Shown in pieces: positions 1-10,637 of a stretch of 32,000 bases of DNA (position 1 is its first letter; the number at the start of each line of letters is the position of its first letter). The notes beneath the pieces are model-generated. The model ran no database searches and was not told the DNA's origin. It saw only the letters and a program-made list of their open reading frames with translations. Origin of the DNA: a virus. The DNA lies in IMG/VR virus record IMGVR_UViG_3300045988_175865, positions 1 to 32,000 of that record. One strand, given 5' to 3'. The position numbers and the translations under genes were made by a program.

Positions 1-3000
1 TTAGCACCTCTCCGTTAACTATTAATAACATAGATCAAGTAGATAATAAACTAGGATTAAAATTAAATACAGAAACTGATTCTACTCCTGATTTTTACAT
101 CGGAAATAATGGACAGTATTCAAATATGTTAAGACAATTTCGAGCTAAATTAATCGAAAGTTCTATATTTAATAGATATTCTGGAGAGTTTATTAATGCT
201 AATGAAAAGAAACAAGAATTTGATATCACTTTTTTAAATGATTCTATTTTAAATTATAAAAAAACATTAGCTTCTAATATTTCAAAATATTTAGGTAATT
301 CTGAATCTATAACATTAAATTTAGAGAATCTTACAGATTTTGATAATAAAGTTTCAGAAATATTAACTAATTTTGAAACTGTGTTTAATTCAGAATTAAT
401 TGATCGTAACAGTGCTTTTAATAACGCATATGACGCATATGTAATTTTAACTCAGTTTGATAAGTTATTGCAGAGTGAGATTCCATTTATTACTATTAAT
501 CCAAAATATACAAAGACGAATTCGTCTTATGTAGATCGTTATATATATAGAGGTCCTAATGTAATACACTATACTGGCTTTAGTACTAATGAAGATACAA
601 ACGCGGAAGACCATGCTAGTGATTTATCAAAAATATTGTTAGACTACTTTCCTGAAGTAAATGCAGTTGGTTTAGAAATAGATAATACTAGTATTACTTT
701 AACAGGATTTAATTCTGTAATGACAAAACTTATTAAGACTATTCAAGAAAATGAAAATTTAATAGAATATCGTTCAGAATTAAACAAAGGAGTTAAAGCA
801 GATATGTCTGTGTTAATAGACGCATATATAAATAATATACTTTCAAACCGAATTATATCTAAAAATTATAGAACATATTTATTAGATAAATTACGAGGTA
901 TTAAGAAATTTATATATTCGCCTCAAATGTCTTCTGAAATAAAAGCTATGTTTACTCAAATGGCTTTTAAAACAGTGCCATCGCAATATACAGCATATGG
1001 CTTTGATCCACAAAAAAAGACAATTGCTAGCAGAGATTTAAAAGAACGACCAGTATCGCAGCAAGCATACGATATTAGAAGTTTAATTCAGGCATCAGGT
1101 TTTTATTGAAGATCTAATCCTGATTTATTTAAAGAAAAATTAAATCAGTACGGAATTACTATAGGTAATGATAGAATTGTTATTGAATCTATTATAGATA
1201 ATATACCTATTACATTTACTATTACTTATGAATTAAATCAAAATGGCAAAATGATATATAGATCGTTTGGAGAAATTAATGATCAATCTTTGAACAATCT
1301 GATATATAACTTTATGTCTTTTATAATTCCAGAAAATATAGCTGAAATTATTCCTCAGGTATATCCTGTTGAAAAATATACAAAAACAGAACTATTTGTT
1401 CCATTATTAGCTACGACGTTATTAGATGGAAACAATAGTGATATTTTAACTAAAGAACACGATCTTGTTAATTTAGTTCCATTTACAGAAGATATATGAA
1501 AAGTAGCTAATGTATTAAGTGTAACAAATGGTTCGGATACTATTAATATTATTAAAAATGCAGAGGGAAATAACTTGCCATTATATCAAATTATTAGTTT
1601 GGTATATAATCATAACGAAATATTTGATAGACTAATTAATCCACCTACAGAAACAATTGAACATCCAAATAATGTAGCTGCACATAATTTAATAGTACAA
1701 AATATTGAAAGCGGTTTTTTATTATCTCCTAGAATTCGATCGGATATAAACATTAATGGAAAAATTAAAAAACCTGCTAATTTAAAAGTTAGTGAAGTTG
1801 CAAGATTATCTATCATGCACGATTTTTATCAAAATCTAGTAGATAATTTAGAGGGATTAATTTATTTACAACCGACTACTTTTTCTGATAAAAATAAACA
1901 TTTTCTAATAACATATAATATAGGTAAAACCATCAATACTTCTCTAGGAGAAGTAAACATTAAAGAAATTTTAAATAACTATTTAAAAGGAGATGGAACT
2001 TTAGATCCTTTATATCATCTTTTAGGAGAAACTAGAAAAAACCAAATAAATGCATTAGTTCAGAATATATTGTTTGACTATAGTCTTGCTTTTGATACAG
2101 AATTTACATCATTAGAACAGATTGATGAATTCATTGCGAAATATAATCACAGTTTAAAAAGTATTCAATCTGCATTTAATGCTAAGGGAGTTGATTTCTT
2201 TTTAGATATACATGCATATAAAACTGCCTTAAGTAAATACCCTCGAACTAACGAAACTATTAAAAACTTTTTTAAAGTCTATAATGATCAAAATAAAACG
2301 TTAGAACGTTTAGATAGAGAAAAAAGAAAATTCCTAAAGGACTTACTTGTAAATAACTTTAATTTAAATATTAATCAGGATAGTTTTATTTCTCAAACAT
2401 TTAATAAACCTGAATTTAAATCATTAGTTAATAAAAGAAATGGAGAAATTACATTAGCTGAAGTAACTGATGAAAAAGGTAAAAGAATTAATCTCAATAA
2501 AATAGTTGATTTTGATGCTTTACTTAATCTAAAATGAAAAGTTAAACTAAATCCCATTTTAGAATCATATTTTATTACTGATACTCTATTATCAAATGAG
2601 TATAATAATATGATGATAGGAGGTGTTTATGCACATCCGAATAAAAACAAAGACGGAAAGTTAGATAGCAAAGAATATTTTGAATTTAGTGAAGCTAATC
2701 GACTAATTGCTCAATATAAACGTATGGTAATATTTGGAGCTACTTATCATCCATTTGCTCAAAATTTAGAAAATGGAGTTGCTTCAAATATTAAAATTGC
2801 TGTAATTAACGATGAAGCGGGAACAGCCTGAAATATGTTAGGAGATGAAAATACTGGATTAGATACTATGGATGGATCTGGTTTATCAAGTCCACTTGAA
2901 TCTAGAGCAGAAAATAATTCACTCTTAGATGCAAGAGTTGGGCGCGATAAAAAAACTATTATGCATGATATCGATTCTCGGTATGGTAGACCAACTTTAT

Positions 3001-5537
3001 TAAAATGGGCTGTTTTTGATATAAGTAATGAAAGAAGACGCATTTCTTATGGTTCAGATATTTCATTAGAAAATATCTTTAAAAAAATGCATAGTATTCC
3101 AATTAACAAATCTATTATTTTAGAAAATTATTATAATATATTTGATCCTATATATTTTAAAGATATTCGAACCAATAAATATTATAAAATAAATTCAATC
3201 AAAACGATTTTAGATCCGAATGGATTAATTGAAGTTGCTAGAGATCTAACTGAAGTTGAATCTAATGGATTAGAAACAAACAATACTATTCAGACAACTC
3301 ATATAATAAATACATTATACGATATTGATCAAGTATTTGGTGGATCTTGAGCAATGAAATTTAATGAAGACATAAATCGTTTAGAATATTCTGAATCTAA
3401 TATTGATATACTTGAAAATATCGTTAACAAAGAGCAATTAAAAGATAAGTTTATTGCTTATTTAGTTAATAAATCTGCAATCAAAGTTGGAGCAGGAAAT
3501 ATAAATGATTCAAGTAAATGAAGTAACTCTGATGCATTTACTACTATTGAAATGTCTACTAAGTTTGGAGGAGTTCAAATGAACGCTGATCACCATTTAG
3601 ACATGTCAGAGGTTACCGAAATGACGCAAATGATTAGTGCTTTAGAGCAAAATGGATTTACACATGAGTTAGTAACTCAGATTTATAAAGAAATTGGTCA
3701 GATTGTTAAAGAATCCATGAATGATTTGTCAGAAACAATTAAAGCTAAAGATAAAGATCAACTGTATACTATATTAGGTAGATCATTAATTAAAGCTTTT
3801 ATGAATGATGACAAAGATACTTTAGGGTTAGCACAATCATTTGTTTATTTAGCTAATGAAAGTTTTAAAAATGCAAATTTAGATTATAAACTACCATTTA
3901 GCGCAGCAACAATTAATGGAGCTTTTATTGCTACTACAACATCTAACTTAGTTAAAAGTGGAATTAGACGTAAATATTCTGGTATAGCATCTGTACTAGT
4001 TCCTTCTCATAATATGATTCAATACTATAATATTGATGGACTTAATTATCAGTATGAAGAATTATATAATTTAGTAAATACAAAAGGTATTGATCATTTA
4101 TACGATGAAAACGGAAATATTATAAAAAGTAAAGTTGAACGTGCTTTAACAGAACCTATTATTGATGGAGAAATAAATCCTTTTATAATTCCAATTGAGC
4201 CAAATGATATTGATTTCGAAGATACAATTGTAATATTTAATGAAGAAGATAATCCTACTGTTATTAAAATTGATTCCTTAGAGAAATACTATTTATATAA
4301 GCACCAAGCAACCTTAGGACAACAATATTATAACTGAACAATTAAACCTAAAAATCTAAAACAGTCAAATACATTTTTTGATGTAGTTGTAGGCTTAGAT
4401 GGATTTGGAAATGAAATAAATAAACGTTTTAGTATATATGACTTAGATGCAGTAAGAGCATCTTATTATTTAAGTTCTCGTAGAAAACAATTAAAGAACT
4501 GGGAGGATTTAACAGAGTATGAAAAAACATTACTATCATCTGCATTAGGTTTACATCCAATCGATAATATACAGTTAAACATAGATAGTCTATTATCTGA
4601 TTTACAACAAAAGATACAATTACAACTAAATAGTTTAGCTGACAATCAATCTATTATTAATAATACTGCTTTTGGTATTACTAATCCAAATGTTAGAGTT
4701 GTTAAAGTATCTAATGTTAATGTTACTCCAACTCAAATTGTAATGGGGAAAAGGCAAGCTCAACAATTTGGATTGCAAAAAGGAGACTCTATTGCTCAGA
4801 TTAGACAAGAAAAAGAAAATTTCTTTTATAATCGAATGCAAAGTAACTATAATATTGGAAATCCAGATAAATTAACATATGATATTATATTATTTGATGG
4901 AACAGGAAAACAATTCTATGTAAAAGTTTTAAGAACAGAAGAAGTTCCAAAAGCATTTACAGGTAGTATTACTCCAAATCCTGATTTTAAAATTATTGAT
5001 AATATTGTATACTATAATGAAAAAGAATTTTCAACAAATGATGAGAAACAATTTTATAAGTATACAGATACAAATGGAAATATTCATGATTTAATTATTA
5101 TAAATTCTATAGATAGATTAGGTGAATTAAGAAAATCAGGATTAATTAATACATATCAATTTAATTATACTAGCGAAAATACTAAAAAATTATTACCTTA
5201 TCAATTTCGTTATAATATAGAAAATAATATTCCTATCACTTTACATACCAGAGATAGTGAAGGAAACTTGCATGAAGCTAAAATCAATCCAACAGCAGAT
5301 ATTAGTTACGTAAGTTTAAACCAAAATGAAATATATAACTTTAATCAAAGAATAAAACAATTAGCGTTTAATCAATATGAAGCATTTGAAAAGTCTTTAC
5401 TTCATGTAGGTACTCGCATACCGTCACAATCAATGCAGTCATTTGCTCCTATGGAGATTGTAATGTTTACAGATAGTGAAGTAAATGATGTTTATGTAGC
5501 TAAAGTAGTTACGTGAATGGAAGGCTCCGATTACGAT
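1..5537 (+). CDS. Giant virion-type protein, exon 1 (5' end outside window). Ends in a beta-prime-like DPBB catalytic domain of a single-chain crAss/YonO/QDE-1-type RNA polymerase.
   Basis: One frame (codon starts divisible by 3) is open from nt 3 to 5537 if the in-frame TGAs at 1107, 1497, 2535, 2829, 3348, 3519, 4335 and 5514 are sense; there is no in-frame TAA/TAG. Seven ORF-track pieces (126, 1251, 1575, 2610, 2835, 3552, 4743) share this frame. RIPSQSMQSFAPMEIV...VVTWMEGSDYD (5415-5537) resembles RNAP beta-prime RAPTLH..QAFEPVLI...NADFDGD. Confidence 0.75.
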
Positions 5538-6465
5538 AAACTTATCATGTCGTATTAAAACTCTTTTAATTGCTGGAAACTCTGACCGCGTTATGGCGAA
5601 GACAATCAGCAGCCAAGCCATATAAAAATGGAAGGTTCAACGACTAATATTAATAACTTAATAATTCGACTTTAATAGTATGAAACAGTTAAAAACACAT
5701 TTAAATAAAATAGGAAGAAATTTAATAATTGCTATGTCTATAGGGGATGGGCATATAGCTAAAAAAGGATATTTAGATATAAATCATTGTGAAGCTCAGA
5801 AAGAGTATTGTTTATGAAAATGGCAACTTTTAAAAGATAATGGAGTTAAAGTTGGCACGTTTAGAGAATGAAAACAAATAAATGGATATTCTAAAGGTAA
5901 AGAAGTAACTAAATATGGATTTCAAACAACAGTACTTGATTTTTGTAAAGTACTTAGACGAGTTGAATATGAGTACGGAAAAACTAAATATAATAAAAAG
6001 TTACTTAAGCGACTTGGAGCTCAAGGGTTAGCAATATGAATAATGGATGATGGAGCATTACTTCGTAGATCTAAAACAAATAAAGATGGAATACGAACAT
6101 ATTCAGGATTTTATATTACAATATCTACGTATTGTCCATTAGAGCAAGCTAATGATATTATAGAATATTTTAATGAAGAATGAGATATTTATCCGACTAA
6201 GGTTTTTGATAAAAGGCAGCAATCCTATATAATTAATTTTTGTGCCAGAGAAGGTAGAAAATTAATAGAAATTATAAAACCTTATATGTGTCCCCACATG
6301 ATGTATAAGGTTCTTCCTGATAAAATAGAATGTGAAAACTACATGAAGTTATTAAAAGAAACAGCTGAAACTGCTGTTGAAGGTACACTAGAAATAGTGG
6401 AAATGGAGAGCGCGAAAGCGAAGATATAGTCTGATCTATATAGAAATATATAGTTAACACAATTG
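5538..6465 (+). mobile_element. Group I self-splicing intron 1 (928 nt) with an internal LAGLIDADG endonuclease ORF
   Basis: P1: exon UACGAU (5532-5537) pairs with intron GUCGUA (5549-5554), with U.G at the splice site. Core elements are AAUCAGCAGCC (about 5605-5615), GGUUCAACGACUA (5634-5646) and AAGAUAUAGUCUGA (6421-6434). A GAAA-capped hairpin CUAUAUA/UAUAUAG follows, and the intron ends AACACAAUUG with a terminal G at 6465. The host reading frame shifts across the insert, and splicing restores it. Confidence 0.85.
5680..6429 (+). CDS. LAGLIDADG homing endonuclease (double-motif), encoded in intron 1
   Basis: ATG at 5680, TAG at 6427. Motifs are LIIAMSIGDGHI and GLAI-W-IMDDGAL. There are four in-frame TGAs (5815, 5869, 6037, 6180), one at the conserved Trp of the second motif. 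The 3' end overlaps the intron P7 core. Confidence 0.88.
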
Positions 6466-7077
6466 ATAGATAAACAATATATCCTTGGCTATTCATTATC
6501 ATCTAATGGTCGTATTCATACTGATGAAAACTCAGCACCTTATTTACGAGCTGATGCATTAAGAAATAGAGTTGTAGATGGTGTATTTAGTATTATTCTT
6601 AATCCTAGAAACCAAATTAACTTAACAATGCCAGTAACTACTGATCGAATGCAAAGTCTTGCTAAAAGATCTAAAATGGGTGAAGCTGCTAAATATATGA
6701 GTCCTTACAATCCAGCAAGTAAGTACTTAATGCAGATTCAAAATATGGTTGGTAAAGCAGTTATTGGTAATGTTGCTACGGCATTAAAAAGTTTCTTTGC
6801 CTTAAGCAACGTATATAATACCAAGTTTAGAGAGATTAATGAAGCAATTCAAACTGGTAATTTTGATATAGCTAGAACGATGTTAAAAAGATATACATTT
6901 ATCCATAATGATAGACTAATAACATTAGCTAATGTTAATATGGAAGTATTTGAGAGTCTACCTGAAAATACTCCTGAAGATATTAGACAAACTCTAGCTC
7001 AAGTAATTAGTTATGAGGATGCCTTAGATGATCAATCTATGGTACTTGGAGAACTTTTAAATAGTGCTACTGATTTT
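6466..7077 (+). CDS. Giant RNAP-like protein, exon 2
   Basis: Starts IDKQY..., completing GSDYD|ID. This is the ORF-track 6463 frame, open to about 7077; beyond that the translation becomes a hydrophobic run (FFIRKLLNNLPILIFIIIFAL*) typical of intron read-through. The 3' boundary is uncertain by a few nt. Confidence 0.65.
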
Positions 7078-8372
7078 TTCATCAGAAAATTATTGAATAA
7101 CTTGCCTATATTAATTTTTATTATTATCTTTGCACTATAGATAAAAATAATTTAAAACAAATTAATATGGCAAAGAAATTAACAAATGAAGAAGTTGAAA
7201 AACTTCATAAAATGTATTTAGAAGGAATGACTTGTGAAGAAATTGGAAAACTTACAGGTCATAAAACAGAAACAGTATCTAAATATCTAAAAGAGAATTA
7301 TGATATAAAGCCTCAAAGAAAAATTGATTTAGTAATTTTATCAAAACTAGCAAAAGAGGGAAAAACAACTAAAGAAATGGCAGAATATTTTAATGTACAT
7401 CCTTCTGCTATATGCTATTGAAAAAAGTATTTTAATGAAGGAGATCTAAAGATTTCGCACCCTTTTTTGCAAGAAGATCATCAATTATCTCATCTACAAG
7501 AACAAATGATTCTTGGCAGTTTATTAGGAGATATGAACATAGGAAAACCTAGAAAACATCATCCTACTTGTAGATTATCCTTAGTACACTCAATTAAACA
7601 AAAAGAATTATTTATGAAGAAAGTAGAAATTCTTGGAGAATTTATGAGTAATTATAGAGAATATAGTTATTTAGATAATAGAACAAATAAAATATATTCT
7701 ACTATAAGAGGAAATAGTAAATCTCATAAAGTATTTAATGATATGTATAATAAACTATATATTAATGATATTAAAACAATTACTAAAGAATATTTAGATA
7801 TGATTAATCATCCAATAGCATTAGCTTACTGATTTATGGATGATGGAACGAATTCTGGACAAATAGCTACAAATTGTTTTTCTTTTGAAGAGGTTAAATT
7901 ACTATCGAATTGACTAGAAAACAAATTTGGTATTATTACAACAATGCACAAAAATTTAAGAAATTATACTTTATATATAGTTGCTAGCTCTAGATTTGAA
8001 TTTGATAATTTAATTTCTCCTTATATTATTCCTTCTATGAAATACAAATTAAAATTTTCTGAAATAGCAGAGTCAGTTAACTCCGTGAAAACGGGAAAGC
8101 CCTTAGAGATTTAAATACTAAACTATTATAGTAATATGATAGTGGCTAAGCTAATCACTTAGATATAGTAATAAGTTTAAATATTGGGTAATCCGTTACT
8201 AAGCTTCCTAATAGGAAGAAAGTTCAACGACTATCGAAATGCAGAAATGACAGAGTAGAGTAGAACTTAAGTAAGTTCGAAGTGCGGAGATCCTGTATAG
8301 GATAAGATATAGTCTGAACTCATAGGAAACTATGAGAGAACTTATGGAAACGATAAGTTCGTAACAAAATTG
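7078..8372 (+). mobile_element. Group I self-splicing intron 2 (about 1.3 kb) with a 5'-located HTH-LAGLIDADG ORF
   Basis: The structured 3' core (8115-8372) contains GGGUAAUCCGUUAC (about 8186-8199), AGUUCAACGACUA (8221-8233) and AAGAUAUAGUCUGAAC (8304-8319), then a GAAA-capped hairpin CUCAUAG/CUAUGAG. The end AACAAAAUUG (G at 8372) is nearly identical to the ends of introns 1 and 3. The 5' splice site is provisional (7074-7078): the U-run 7074-7079 can pair with GAAAAU at 7085-7090. Confidence 0.75.
7167..8114 (+). CDS. Homing endonuclease: two N-terminal HTH modules plus a LAGLIDADG domain, encoded in intron 2
   Basis: ORF-track 7167 and 7467 pieces are in the same frame and are joined by TGA at 7419. 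Further TGAs lie at 7830 (ALAY-W-FMDDGTN) and 7911. TAA at 8112. Motifs are LGSLLGDMNIG and WFMDDG. Confidence 0.85.
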
Positions 8373-10637
8373 AATGCAAAGGAATTAATCCTTAAAAAAA
8401 TTAATGCAGATACAAACTGGGTAGATATTTATACTATTTCTCTTATGTTAGGTGAATCACTAGATGAAATTGGTAATTTAATGATTGATGATGATATAAC
8501 AGAACTAGTAAATGATTTTACTACTAGTATGTTTAGTGATGAACAGAACTATGATAAAGTTCGTTATGTTGCTGATAAAGCATATACCTCTGAAGGAGAG
8601 AAAAAAGAGAAATATCTACAATTGCTGGATAAAGTTATATCTGCGGATGAAGTACGTATCTTAGGAAAGATACTTAAAATTAATCAAGGTCTTCCTACAA
8701 ACACTTCTGATTTATATAGTTATATTAAATCTATTGAAAAATATATAGAAAGTAGGTTTAATAGACAAATACTAGAAAAACAAGAAGAATATTTAAGAAT
8801 TGAAAAGGAGTTAGAAAAAACTTGATTAACTCCTGAAAAGAAGGAAATATTAAAAGAGGAACGAAGATTACAAAAAATATATCCAGAATTAGAAGAAGGG
8901 TCTTCATTATATAATTTCTATAATAAATACAATTTAATATATGAAGATATAAATGGTAATATTAGACATGGAGATTTAGAAGCCAAACTTGGTAAACCTA
9001 AAGAAGCTATAAAGGCTAGACAAGATTACTTTAAGTCTAGAAAAGAAATGGCTAATATCTGGCAATCTTTTGACTTAGTTAGATTTATTACCGATCCAAT
9101 CTACAAACAGGAAAGTATTGAAAAATATGAACAAAATAAGGTTAATTTTAATATTTTGGAAGTAATCAGTGCAGTTCCTCATTTTAGAGAAATGTTTAAT
9201 GTTCTTGCAATTAACAAAAGTGTTCTTAATAGTTTATCATCTAGAAATAGGTTAGAAGATATAATTCTAAACCAACTTAGTAGGAACTTTGCTGGAGTTC
9301 GTATGGATGTAAGCAAACCACTAAATAAACTTGAAATTAGAACTATAAAAGATCAGATAGATAAGTATCTTATTAGATCTTGGATTATTAGTAAAGGAAT
9401 TGAAATAAATGTTCCCGCTAGTCCTAAGAATCCAGCTCCTTATATATTAAGATTGGATAATGAAAATAATATTAACAAGTTTAGAAGTTATGTTGAAAAC
9501 TACGCTATTCCTTTATTAAAGGATAAGTTGAAAAATAATAAGTTTGTTCAGCTATTAACTTTTGGACTAAGACAAGGAGTTCCATTCTATAAGCTACCAC
9601 TTAACATGGTTCAAGTTGATAACACTCAGAAGACTAGGGCTTTATACGAAGAAGCATTATATGCTTTTAATAACCTTAATAAGGTCAAAATAACTGGTAT
9701 AGATATGAACTTAGTGGATATGTTTTATCTATATAACTTAGTTGTTAATCAAGATAAATTTGGTCCTAATTCTATGACTAGGATATTTGAAGACTTAGTA
9801 TCATCTGGTAATGAAGATCTTCTTATATATGATTTTAATAATTGAATTGATAGTCAAAATATTGAAGACTTAGTTAACAGATTTAGAACAGAAGAAAATA
9901 GTATTAGGTTTAATTTAGTAGAATCAACTCCTATTGTAGATGACACAAATTCTGATATTGGATTTAAAGAAACTCCTTTAGAAGAGGATATTGAAGAGGC
10001 TCAATATGAAGAATTAGCAGATAATCCTGTTAAAGAAAATAATGAAGTAGCTGAATATTATCAAACTAACCCTTCAACTAAATCAAAACTTATAACAATA
10101 ATTAAAGAATCTAATTTAAAAGGACTTCACATAGTTACAGATTCTGATTTAGTTAATGAAGATTCTACTACTAGAAATGCTAGGGGATTTGTGAAGAATG
10201 GTGAAATCTATATTAATGTAGATAGAGCCGAAGATGATACAGTAGTCCATGAATTTAGCCATTTATATTTAGCAGATGCTAAAGTAAATAGTCCTAATGA
10301 ATACTATTCAGTACTAAGTAGAGTTAGAAATACAGGTACTTGGAAATATATGAGAGAGATACCTGAATATCAAAATAAAAGAGGATCTGATTTTGATGAA
10401 GAGGTTCTAGCAACTTTAATTGAGCGAGCATATAATGAGGGATTAGGAGGAGCAGATTATGATGTTGCAATAGATGCTCTGAATCTTACATCTCCAGAAT
10501 TTAAATCATTTATAAAATCTGATATTCTACCATCATTAGGAGAGACATTAATAGAGAATTATAAGGTATCTCAAAAGATAGCTACACTTAAAAATAAGCT
10601 CATCAAAGATAATATTATTAAAGAGGATTGTAAATAA
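8373..10637 (+). CDS. Giant RNAP-like protein, exon 3, with a C-terminal zincin-like HExxH module
   Basis: ORF-track pieces 8370, 9048 and 10191 share one frame and are joined by TGAs at 8823 and 9843. HEFSH lies at 10248-10262 in the context GFVKNGEIYINVDRAEDDTVVHEFSHLYL. TAA at 10635-10637. Confidence 0.7.

Noticed and set aside
5538-8372. The LAGLIDADG ORFs could be inteins within the giant protein.
   Set aside because: Each endonuclease has its own ATG and stop. Non-coding structured RNA with group I core elements flanks each one. The host frame changes across each insert, and a P1 pairing with a U.G wobble is present for intron 1. These are introns, not inteins.
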